A stretch of 35,003 bases of DNA, from positions 1 through 35,003 of the forward strand of contig JAAPAO010000373.1 of NCBI GenBank assembly GCA_013115145.1, written 5' to 3'. Under the pieces are notes generated by a model. The model did no database searches. It had not been told where the DNA came from and was given only the letters and a program-made list of their open reading frames with translations. Each line of letters opens with the position of its first letter. Position 1 is the first letter of the stretch. The position numbers and the translations under genes are program-made. Source of the stretch: Perkinsus chesapeaki ATCC PRA-425. Lineage: Eukaryota; Protista; Perkinsozoa. Shown piece after piece: positions 12,181 to 24,800 of the stretch.

Positions 12181-15100
12181 ATGAATCCACCTGGTCAACC
12201 ACCACCCCCATCAGCATCGCCTAAGAAGAAGGCAACACGTGGTAAGAACAAAGCTGCTACACCTAAACAGCAACAACAGCAGCGGAAGGCCTCTGGAGGG
12301 GGTGCATCAGCAGCAACAACACTTACTACTAAGGATTTGGAGAGGGACCCTTTTGCCAAGTAAGTGGTGTCGCTGTTGCAGTGGACTTAGTACCAAGAGT
12401 ATATGTTAGGTACTCTGATAAGTGGTCTAATGGTACACCTGATAAGGCTGATCCTAAGTTTATAGAGGGTATACTTAATACTCTTAAAGATGTTGAATAT
12501 GATAGTAAAAAAATAAGTATACTAGAGTATTCAGGATATCTTGAGAGATATCTTTGGCCATTATTCGATACCGATAGTGCTACTGTAATAATATCATTAT
12601 CATCATCATCATTCTAAAGGGTGGTGTATCCTCTTATCATCAATGTTATTAGGATTCTCATGTATTCTCTATCATACTTATGATGAATGAGAAGTTTAGA
12701 ACATGTACATTCCAAGTAATAATAATAATGCATACAATTATATATCTGTATACTACATCTCTATCATTATATATCCTTAGCCGTGGGATACCTTAACTAA
12801 TGATGGTGATATAGAAAAGATAGACTCCTTTTTTCAAAGGGTGTATAAGTTAACTAACCTACCATCACGAGAGAAGGCTATGTGGATACAATTCCTTGGT
12901 ACTAGTATTATTATTACAGTATGGCATCATCATCGGTATGGTATCATCTGTAGATAATGCATTCTTATCATTGGAGGTTGATGCAGTATGTCAATCATGC
13001 CTTAGATTAGTAGGACTACCAACTTGGCTAACACTTAGTGAATCATGTAGTACTCAATACCCCTCTGCGGATAAGGAGGGGGCGCTTCATCTTTAGATCA
13101 ACAGTTTGCATTACGGGAGGCTCAGACTAAAGTTCAGAAACGGTTTAAGTCGATGAAAAAGAAGTATGCAGATGCTGAGCCAGGTAATAATAACAAGTAA
13201 CATATAGTAGTAGTATACCATGATGAATCTCTAGGGTCTAAGAAGTATTTAGAGATACACTTTATATCTGATTTACTTGATGGCTTCTTTGATTGGATGG
13301 AAGGCCTTACCCAAGTAGCTAAGGCTGATGTTATGTAGGCTGATACAGTATAATTGCAAAGTAGATTGATTGGTATAGGTATATGGAACGATTCGTGGAG
13401 TTCCTTATAGACTTGCAGAGTCAATTACCAACTAGGCGCTTTACTAGACCATTGTTGCATGATAGGATGTTCGTTGATAGAGCTAAGGAGCATGATATAG
13501 TGAAGTATGTGATGGCATGTATTACTAGTTACTTTATTTATTATTGTTATGTCTAGGTCTAATAGAGAAGCATTGAAGTTGTTTATGCAATTGGTAGATA
13601 TCTTGGACTTTTATGAGAACTTTGAGGTTAATGATTATACTGCTGAACACTTGGATAAAACACACGTAATAATAATAGTAATAATGTAACATTAACTTAC
13701 TTATATAGGTTGAGCAAAGGCTTTACTTTAATCATGATCATTTCCGTCAAGTGTGTTTTGATACCCCTGAGGATAAGGAGTCAGTAAGGGATCTTGGCCT
13801 TCTAGCAGCACGGAATCTTGGTAACTACTGAAGATCCTATAACTGATAATATCCATTGTATACAAGATACTGAGGCTAAGATAACAGCATCGCTATCCCG
13901 CATTAGTGATGATGATCTCGTAGACCTTTGTGCTAAGGCATGTAGAGTTGATAAGTAAGCTATTTATGGAATAGAGTAACTGTTTAATTGTATGTTGTTG
14001 TATTAGGAATAAGCTTTTAGAGTATGCTCAAGCATTAGATAAAGAAGAAGGGGGTGATGATGATAAACCTACTAGTCAACGAAAAAGTAAGGTGTTACTG
14101 AAGGCTTGCATTAATAGTTCACCAACAACTCAGAGATTCGGATTGGTGGTGGTGCCACTAGACTACGTAAACTATGTGTTGATGCATTGGTTCATGATCT
14201 GGCTAGTAGACGTAGTCAGTTAGAGTACATTAATCAATTACCATTATTCCCTGATGAGAAGGTCCTATGGGATCCTAATCTGGTAGTACTATCCCTTTAG
14301 TGCTGCCGCTGCTTGTTTGTATGGGTGCCTTGTTATTATTTAGGTGCCATCAGAGCATTACTCTGGAGAGTATTCCTTGGCCCTACCAAAGCTTAACCTA
14401 CAATTCCTTACTATATCTGATTACCTTCTACGTAACTTTAAACTATACCGTTTAGAGTCCACGTATGAGATTAGAGGTGACTTTGAAGATGTGGTAAGTA
14501 GAGTAACATCACTTTCTGCTTCAGTGTATTCAGTGAATACTATTCACTACTTATTATTAGATACCAAGACTTAGTATGGCAAGACAGACTGTTGATGGTC
14601 CACCACGTATAATGGGACAATCCCGTATGGCTGTCGAGTTGAAGGGCCTTAATATAGTAAGTGTTAGAAGCCCTAATGTTGGGGAGACTGTACCAAGTGA
14701 GGTTAGAGCTGAGATAACGTAAGATATAATAATTACGATAGAGAATGGTTTATATTGTTTATAATACTGTTATATAGGTATTCATTACGTAATGTATTAC
14801 CACATGTTAAGAGGGAATGGGATGAGCTAAGAGAGCATGATTGTGTGTTTATGTTAGCTGTAAGGGAGCGGCGGCGGCGGTATACTAGTCCAATCGGCTG
14901 TATTATGGTATATCCTTTATAGATTGATCCACCAGCTCGTGATAAGCGATTCAAACCTAAGAACAGTGGTCATTTAACAATATCTGAGTTTCCAGAGTAC
15001 TATGGCATCCAAAAGGTAACCAGTACTGTGGTAACCGTATATGGGTATAAGTATAATATAAAGGTACGTGGTGCAGTGGTTATTGAGTTATTGGATGAAG

Positions 15101-18100
15101 AAGGTAATGTATTATCTGAATACAATAAGAAGGAGCCTGTTGGTGATCTTAGAACCCTAAAGGTAACTAAATGTTAGTATTATTATTATTCCATGACTTC
15201 TTCTTCTTTTCCTCCTCTTTACATCAGGTGTATCTTGATTGTGCCCAATACGCCACAGATTTGAATAACATGGAGGCCGCTGAGATATATTCACAGTTTA
15301 ATGTGTTAGTTAGAAGGAAGGCAAAGGAGAATAATTTCCGTTCTGTCCTCTCTACTATTAGAGGCCTTATGAGCAGTCCTGATACAGTACTAACACCATA
15401 TGTATTAGGGTAAGTAACTTACTGTATTATTAGGTTATACCAGACTGGCTTCATGATCTATTCCTTGGTTATGGTGATCCAGCTAGTGCTAACTATCGTC
15501 AGTTAAACCCCTCTAGATCATGTAAGCCCCAATGATCTCTTGTATTATACTGCCACACTTCTTATCCTCAGCTATTGATTTCCGTGATACCTTTGTGAGC
15601 AAGAAGCATCTTCTTGAGGTATATCCAGATTGTGATATGACTGAGGCAGATCAACCACCGTAGAATCAACTTATGCTTTCTGTATATTTGTATAACTATA
15701 CCCTCATCAGATATCAAGTATCATTCGCCCCCTCAGAGGAGAAGGAGGATGGTAGTGCTGTGGAAGTGATGAAGGCTAAGAGTATTAAAGAAGAGATAAG
15801 GAGCCCATTCCCACAGCATCAACCTAAAAAGAATACAGTACCATTTACTAAAACACAAGTTGAGGCTATACGAAGTGGTGTATCTATTGGACTTACTATG
15901 GTTGTTGGACCACCTGGTAGATCAACCTCCATCAACATCATCATCATCACTTACACAGTGTTATACTGATAGGTACTGGTAAGACTGATGTAGCTGTTCA
16001 GATAGTTAACCTTCTATATCATAATAATCCTAATCAGAAGACTCTATTGGTAAGTTGATCAGTCTATTAATAAGCTTTACGACTGATTTCAGATTGCTCA
16101 TTCCAATCAAGCTCTTAATGATTTATTCACTAAGATTCAACAGTTGGATATACCAGGCAGTCGATTACTTAGACTTGGAAGGGGTAATCCTCTACTGTAC
16201 TCTACTCCGTCTTTTAGTAATAATTAATAATGTTACTAGGCCAAGAATTGTTGGACCTTGATGAGGACTACTCTAAGATGGGAAGGGTATCTTATATGTT
16301 GCAAATGCGATTAGATCTGCTTGAAGGTTGGTTGTTGAGTATATCAGGGATTGTTCTATTACTATCTATTACTTCAGAGGTTAAGAAGCTTGCTGTAGAA
16401 TTAGGCCAGAGCCCTGAGGATAATGCATTCTCAGTAGAGAATGCAATGCAGGTAGTGTCTTCTTATTGTGAATGTATCCATTAATTCCTCCTTATCATCA
16501 GTTCTATCGGTTCCATGTTACAAGAGCATGGGAGGAGTATTCAGCAGCAGTACAGAAATATACAGAGGAGGGTGATAGTAAGGAGAAGGAAGCTAAGAAA
16601 GCAATCGTGGATGCTAAGCAAAAGAAAAGGGAAAAGGTAAGGATATATAATACGTATAGTAGAGGATTACATTCGATTAGGCTGCTGAGGATGAGGTTAT
16701 GACTGCTGCACCAGGAAAGGCTACTAATGGTGGTGCATCCGAGGATGACAGACGTAAAGAGGCAGATAAAGCTGCCTTAGAGAATCGGTCAATGGCAGAA
16801 ATAATGTTCCCATTCCAGAAGTAATGAATCAAGAAGAATCCTAATAGTATAATATTGATAGGTACTTTGCTTCGGGTGTTGAAGGTAAATGGAGTAATGA
16901 TATCAATAAGGACTTCGAATTGGCTACTGTATGCTGGAGGTAATGACTTGAGATTAATGTATACATTATATACTGTTATTCAGACACATTGAGGATATGT
17001 TTACCAGACTAGAGGAGACACATCCATTTGAATTATTACGTAACTCCCATGATCGTGGTATATACCTTCTTACTACACATGCTAAGATAGTGGCAATGAC
17101 ATGTACTCATGCTGCTTTGGTAAGAATACATCTATCCAGCTAAGGCTTTGTATTGTCATAATAGGTTCGTGATACTCTACTTAAATTATCATTCCAATAT
17201 GATAATATAGTTATGGAAGAGGCTGGTCAGGTGGGTCGTCTAGTAGGCTACTTATAACCATTTATTATATATATCTATTAGGTACTTGAGATTGAGACCT
17301 TTATTCCTATGTTATTACAAAAGAAGAGTAGTGTAGATAGTAAATCCAGCAGGCTGAAGAGGTATCATCTTACACCATCAGCCTTTGGCAATCTTATTCC
17401 ATTCAGAGTCGTCCTTATAGGAGATCATCAGCAGCTTCCTCCTGTGGTAAAGAATCGTGCATTCCAGAGGTAACCACAGAACTGCATTACCTGCTGCTGC
17501 CAGAGTATGGGGTATACTTTAGATATGGAAGATTGGATCAGTCATTATTTGCACGCTTTGTTCGACTGAAGAGTCCAACTGTTAATCTTGATATGCAAGG
17601 CAGAACAAGGCCTTCAATAGCTAACTTATATAGATGGCGTTATCCTGGGCTAGGAGATCTACCTAATACTAAGACAGGAAAGGAATATAATCAACTTGCT
17701 AATACGGGGTTAACTTATGAGTATCAATTTATCGATGTACCAGTAAGTGAAGATACTTCACCTCATGGGTATTTAATGTATTGTTAGGATTTTGAAGGAC
17801 AAGGTGAATCATGCCCTTCGCCATATTTCTATCAAAACTTGGGTGAAGCTGAGTATTGTGTAGCATTGTTTATGTACATGCGCCTACTTGGGTAAGTAAT
17901 TACGACTCTAAATCATTTATACGAACTCAATGGTCGCCGTCGTTTACTCTTTACTTGTAGAAACATTTTTAATGCTGTATTTAACCACGTCAAACGTAGC
18001 GCCAGGGAAGGGTATTTACATCCACTCAGTTGTTATTGTGATTCAGTTACCCAGCTGATAAAATAACCATCCTAGCAACCTATAATGGCCAAAAGCATCT

Positions 18101-18862
18101 TATAAGAGATGTTATTAAATCTCGGTGTGCATGGAATCCTTTATTCGGCCAACCTAAGACAGTGAGTGTAGAGTAATTAAGAGTCCGAATTATCTGACAT
18201 TCCAGATTACTACTGTCGATCGATACCAAGGTCAGCAAAATGATTATGTTATAGTGTCGTTGGTTCGTACCAAGCATGTTGGACATATCAGAGATATCCG
18301 AAGATTGGTGAGTTCCGTATTGGGCACTGCGGTGGAATTGTGTTATTCTTAGACAGTGGCATTATCTCGAGCAAGATTTGGGTTGTATATATTCGGTCGG
18401 CTATCTCTATTCCGAGATTGCTTAGAGATGGCTCCAGTATTCAACCTATTGCTTGGTGATGGTAGACCAACACAGCTCTCCTTACAGCTAGGAGATAATA
18501 ATGGGAAGTAAGCTATCTCATCGGTTATTATAGCATTTATAGCACTCTGTAGATATCCTACTTCTCGACGACTTAGTAATAAGAAGGGTGAAACACTAGT
18601 GACTGATGTTAAGGATATGTGGAACGTAAGCATGGTGTATATTATCATTATATGTAGGTGTATATAATAGGTTATCCATGGTGTGGTTAATGCTCAAGCA
18701 GCAGCATTAGATAAGGACGAGGAGGAGGCCCCAGCAGGAGCCCCTACAACAACAAACACAGCTGCTGCTGCTGCTGCCAAGCAGTCGAAGGGCGCCGAGC
18801 CATCGGATACATCAAAGGAGGGTAACGGCAAGCCCGATGAGGATATGCCACAAGCAAAGTGA
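12181..18862 (+). CDS. AQR: Aquarius intron-binding spliceosomal RNA helicase (SF1, UPF1-like)
   Basis: [40 protein letters not shown], Walker [94 protein letters not shown]. Spread over many short introns. Confidence 0.96.
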
Positions 18863-18908
18863 TGATGAACTACCTCAAACTATTGGTGGAGTCCCTAACG
18901 ATATACTG

Positions 18909-19308
18909 TCAGTGACCAACGTTAATATCTTCATCATCATCGGAACTCAGTAGACTAACGATGTTTCTAAACGAATGTTATGTGTTATAGTAATGCATCA
19001 ATATGCTCTCACCCTCGGTGGGTAGCTATACCTCCACGCACTCCGCAGCTGGTGGGGCATGCCTTGGGGTTCCAACCTTCCAGATACGCCATCTTCGATG
19101 TTACACCATTCGCTCTCTTCTTCACAGTGTGTCCGCTGGGACTATGAGCGCCCTTCGACGCTGAATCTTCGCCGGGTTCAAAGCGGTCAGTTGCTTGTTC
19201 GTTTGATTTCCCAGTGTGGCCACCTGTTCTATTCATATCGTCACGGAGCGTGTCCCTTCGATATTGTCCCTCTCTTGACTTTGATCTTAGGGCCGCATAG
19301 TGTACCAA
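18909..19308 (-). CDS. Hypothetical protein (3' exons only; 5' end unresolved)
   Basis: The 99-aa ORF ends at a good donor (CACCGAGG|gtgagagc). A ~45-nt intron ending ttcgtttag gives a last exon NIVSLLSSDDDEDINVGH*. No recognised domain, and a competing plus-strand ORF exists. Confidence 0.3.
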
Positions 19309-19777
19309 GTGGATCTTGTGTCAATTCTGCGCTCCGACGCATGATAGGGGTGGCTCTGGTACATGTTCAGGTGAGTGATGTGGTCGCGATGTGCTGATAG
19401 GTGTGGTGAAAAGGCGACATCGAGTGTAAAGTATAGCCGCGCCTTGCACTTTAGTCACTTTATTGTTACCCTTCTCAGTGGTCGAGGCTATTTCTTCATT
19501 TACCAATCCGTGATTATCATAAATCTGTTGGCAAGATTTCGAGATTACGGCCAATGAAGGGCGGCGTTCTACCTTAACTCACCTTATCGCATGCGTGCTG
19601 CATCTATTTGAAATTAGCTATGTTGTGCCGCGCTGAATGGGAGCTGTCTACAGTATCATCTTATTCTAGCAGAATCTATGCTAGTAGTATGCGCGATATC
19701 ATACCTCTTCGACAAGGGTTGACAGCAGCATATTATAATGCTTATTTTGATCTCCTTAGTTTGTTTCTATAACCGGG

Positions 19778-21324
19778 ATGCGTTTCTCCTTCTTCGCTCT
19801 CTCTTTAATTGGTGCAGCCTCTGCTGAGTGGTGCCAGGAGTTGTGCGACTCCTATGCTCCCTGCCATTTCTCCAAGTTTGGATCTTATCCTCAGGAGAAT
19901 GGTGCTTGTTTTGGTTTCTATCAGAAGGGCAAGGGCTTCTGTTTCCAACCTTCTGAGGGTGCCGGCTGTGATGATGATGTCCTAAGACCTGTTTACAGCC
20001 CTGAGGAGAGGCACGCACCTGGCAAGGTTCTTGTTATCTATACTGGTGGTACTATCGGTATGCAACCCTATGCTAATGGAACTCTACACCCTGTTCCTGG
20101 TTATCTCACTGAACAACTTAATAACCTTCCTGAGCTCCAAGCCCCAGGTATGCCCCAGTTTGATGTAAGTCCATCATCAATTGCCCTTCTCCTCTTTTTC
20201 ATGTTGTTATTTTAGGTTATTGAATACGAGAACCTTATTGATAGTTCTGACATGTCCCCTGCTAAGTGGGCTCAAATGGCAAAGACTATCGATGATAACT
20301 ATGCCGCTTATGATGGTTTCGTTATCCTCCATGGAACTGATACTATGGCCTACTCCTCTAGTGCTCTTGCCTATATGTTCTCTAATCTTTCCAAGAGTGT
20401 CATTATTACTGGTTCCATTCTTGCCTTCGATGAGCCCCATAGCGACGCCAGGAGGAACATGATCATCTCTATCATGCTTGCTGGTAATTCTATGCTCTTC
20501 TGTCGACTCTTTTAACCTATTCCCGCTCTGTCTAGGTCTCTATACCGTTCCTGAGGTTAGCATCTTCTTCGATACGGAGCTTATTCGTGGAACTCGTGCT
20601 GTTAAGGTAAGCATTCAATGATGTTCCCTTGTCGTCTGCTCTGAGTCGTTGAATGGATCTCATTTCTATACTCTTCATATGTTTTCCTGTTTGTCAGATT
20701 GATAGCGGTGCCATTGAGGCATTCGAGTCCCCTAAGTTCCCCTATCTAGCTACTATGGGTGTCGGCCTTGCTTTCGACAAGTCTCTTATCCTTCCAGCCC
20801 CTACTGGCCCCTTCGCTGTTCAATCTAATATGGAGTCCTCTATTCTCCCCATTAGAATGATCCCTGGTCTCTCAAGTTTTGAATCGCTTTCCCCTGAAGC
20901 TGTTAAGGGTGTTGTCCTTATGCTCTACGGCACTGGTGATGCCCCCTCTAACCAGCCTGCTTTCACCAACTTCCTCATCAAGTAAGTATATGATATACTG
21001 TATATCCTATACCAGCTCTCATTCTTCTTTTCTTTCCTTAGGTGCCAGAATCTTGATGTTCCAGTCGTTGCTGTTTCCCAAGTTCTCCGTGGTACTGTAG
21101 ATCTTGCTGATTATGCTGCTGGTGCACAGCTTCTCAACCTTGGTGTTATTAGTGGTGGTGATATGACCCCTGAGGCTGCTGTAACAAAGCTTAGTTATAT
21201 GTTGGGTGCTGGTATGAGTACTTCCTATATTAATAAGAACTTCGGTACCGAAATCCGTGGCGAGATTACTATGAATGATATCTCTGCTGAGGATCCTTTC
21301 CGTGATCTTTCCTTCGGTGCCTAA
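19778..21324 (+). CDS. ansA: Secreted type I L-asparaginase with an N-terminal Cys-rich module
   Basis: Signal peptide MRFSFFALSLIGAASA, a 6-Cys module, then type I asparaginase motifs IYTGGTIGM, DSSDMSPAKW, YDGFVILHGTDTMAY, IITGS, PEVSIFF..RGTRAVK, AFESPKFPYLA, GVVLMLYGTGDAP, GDMTPEAAVTKLSYMLG, EIRGEIT. Confidence 0.93.
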
Positions 21325-21821
21325 TTATAACGTATAGTCGTGCCTGTTATATAATGATAGGAGTAGTGCGTATAGCTACACTCCCTCTGGCCGATTTCTG
21401 CCTATCGTCACACTTATGTGTCCAATAGCTAATGATGTTTGCTACTAAATGTTCCTTGCTACCACGGCCGTCTCATTTTTGTCGGCAGTAATATCGCTCG
21501 GCGAATCTCGTAAAGAGTTATTGTCTAGTAGTGCTTTCTTCCTTAATCTGCTTATTAGTGACGCTTTCATACCATCTGTTTAGAGTTGGTCTTTGCATCC
21601 TATTAAAGTAGGTGTTTTGTTATAAATACCATCCATTAGTGGAAGTGGAATTGAGGAAGATCTCAATCAGCAGCAGCAATCATAAACTAAATTGACGTGG
21701 TAAATACATTAACGATGGTGAGTGATCATCGTAGGCTATATTAAAAATATGGTAGTTTGTATACTGCTGAGGTGTAAGGTGTATACTGTTTATTCTACAT
21801 AGTTCTCGCTACTAGTTTATA

Positions 21822-24800
21822 ATGTACGGTACTTGCCTCATTGTTACACAAAATCTCGCAGTTTCTGGTGCTAACCAGGTGTTATTGAACATGGTTAACG
21901 GTGGATTTTATAACGGAAATATAATGGTAATGCATATCCAGTATTGGAGCTGCTCAATCATGGGACGTCATTCCCGGCCATTTGTATAGGTGCTATCACC
22001 AAGCTCCGGACCATTTGAAAAACTATTTCAAGCAGCTGGATGTGCTGTAAGGATTACTTCCTTAGACCACCTGCTTCGTAGTTCTATAATTCGTCACCCT
22101 TACCTATATACTGTTCATTATAGGTTATATCAAAGATGTAAGGCTTGTAGTATGTAATACTATTATGACAGCTCATATAGTAATAGACTTAGCCAATCGT
22201 GGAATACCTCATATGTGGATATTACATGAATGGTGGCCAAGAGATATGATGGTAGTATACTCTAAAGGGCACGCTTCAATCTTATACTACGTAATACGGC
22301 AATAAAGTTCTGTGACTATGTAAAATCACCCCTGAGAAAGCTCTATCGTATCTATTACACGGCACCTTTGATAGATTAAGGAGTTAGCTGCTCGTAATGT
22401 CACCTATATGGATGCTACCACGGTTGATCGAGCACTCCAAGTAATATTCTTCCCAAATCATATAGTATTATTATCACCTACTATAGGTTTGTAGTATGGT
22501 TATATGCGTTTGTAAAGCACAAGCCAATATTTATCCTATAAAGTGCCGTAAGGAGATTGTGTAAGTGATGTAATGTGGAAATAGATATTACATCTAACAG
22601 ATACGTCGGTGTACCGGATCCAAGACTATCATCTGATGCATATCCCAACTCAAAGGATCCATCAGTGACATGTACCTTTCTTTGTATGGGGATCGTCTGT
22701 CCAAGGAAGAATCAAGTCACTGTTGTCGAGCGTTTCAAGAAGTTTGCCGGGGATAGGCAAGATGTACTATATGGGGATATGGGATGATGGGTATTCGGCA
22801 TCGTGTAGGTGAGGCTTATGATAGTCGGTGTGAGGCGTATAAGAGATTATGAGATTGAGTATGTTGAAGAGGTAATAGTAGTACCGAGTCGAAGATAACA
22901 ATATTGAACAATTAAGGTTGAAAAAGCTGTAGGGGATGATTGTAGAATATCACTTCATGAAGTGACTAATGACCCCGATTCGTAATAATAAGGATTATGG
23001 TTGCTGTTATTATTTTCGCTATGCCGCATATTGTTTAGTTACTATAGGGCTGCTGATGCCCTTGTTTTCGCCTCAGTTAACGAGGTGACCCCTCTTGTAA
23101 TAAGTATTAATGTCCATAATACTATTCACGTTTATAGGTTCTGCCTGAAGCAATGCTTAGAAGGTTACCAGTAATTACGACAGGTATAGCTGGTATACCA
23201 GAGATGTTAACCAACGGGGAGCATGGCTTTGTGAGAACCATTACTATTATTTATTAAACGGTATTTCAATCAGATTATTGATCCTGAAGATGAAAGCGGT
23301 TTCATCGAAGCGATGGGGCAGTTGGCTGATAACCCAGAGCTCAGAGCTGAAATGGGACATAAAGCTCAACAGCACGCAAAGGATAATTCTACTCTTGACT
23401 GTAATAATATACCGGGTATTGGTGGTAATACTACTATACAGGTATGAATGATCGTTATGCATCTATTGCTCGAACACTTTCACCTATATGTATACTTTTG
23501 GATATGGATGGATGTGTTGTGGATTGGGATAGTGGATTTAGTAGTGTAGTTACGTTAGAGTAGGTATAGTGTATTACCTATACTTAGGATCTGCATGGGG
23601 CCATAGGAGCGATATTGATCGTAGTAAGAGTTATGCTATGGAACAATGTGTTCCAGAAAGGTGACAGATATGACACTCATCCACCAACTGTATAACATTA
23701 TTACTATCAGATTCAAAAAGCAAGCAACAGAGCTTTTCTGCTCAAAGGGCTTCTTCGCTAGTCTTCCTGCTATGCCTGGTAGTTTGGATGCCATACGTGA
23801 AATGGGAGCCTTACCTGGTAATAAGGAATTGCCCTTCTTGTCATCTTATAACACCTATAGGCGTGTCCCTGTTATTGTGTACCTCACCTATTCTGGCATC
23901 TAGCTTCTGTCATCAGGAGAAGGCTCAATGGGTTAAGGAAAGGCTTGGAAGCGAGTAAGGTTATAGCCTTACCAAGAGTATTGTATAAGTCTTAAATAGG
24001 TGGCTGAAGAGATTGATAATCACATCTGATAAGACTAGAATTAGAGGAGATGTACTAATAGATGATAAACCGTATATTACGGGTTCTGAGAATCCTACCT
24101 GGGAACATGTTCTATTCACTGCACCATATAACTCGGATATCCCTCCAGATGGACGGTATTATTGCTCAGCCACATATGTATGTTATAGTACTAGATGACG
24201 GTGTATCAGATATCGTCTGGATAATTGGGAAGATTGGAGACGTGTGTTATCACGTGCACTTGAACGTGTTGGATATAGAAAGGTGGCAGAAGATGTTGCA
24301 GCTAAACTGCCTATTGGCATGTCTAGAAGTCGTGCTGGACTGAGCAGCTTATTGTCTGGCGGTAGGTTGTCGTTGCCTATTTAGTATACTAGTAGCTATT
24401 ATTTGTATTATTATCATGTTGTTAGAGTGGTCTTCTGCCTCTCTGGTTTCAATGGCTACTACACCATCTGAGCGTCCTCCTCCAACTAAGGAAGATGTCG
24501 CTAACTTACCTGGTACACCATTATATACCATTATAACTGTTTCAATCTTATTCTTACAGACTTCTCCCATGAGCTTAAGGCTTTGGGGATGTATCGTGAT
24601 GATTATATGAATTGGCGTAAAGGAGGTCATAAAGGAGCTAAAGGGGAGATACAAGATGTAATGAGTGATGGGGGGGAGAGGTCTTAATTGATAAAGAGTA
24701 AGGTATTGGCCAATGTATCACGTATGTTATTGGAAAGAGCTGTTATGGATCAAGCTGATGATCCAACTGAGATCCATGTTACTAGGCTAAACTACCGTAC

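Noticed and set aside
20607-20697. Box C/D-like words (ATGATG, CTGA) inside a CATTCAA/TTGAATG stem in an asparaginase intron
   Set aside because: Only about 30 nt are enclosed, the C box is imperfect and box spacing does not fit a K-turn; too short for a snoRNA.
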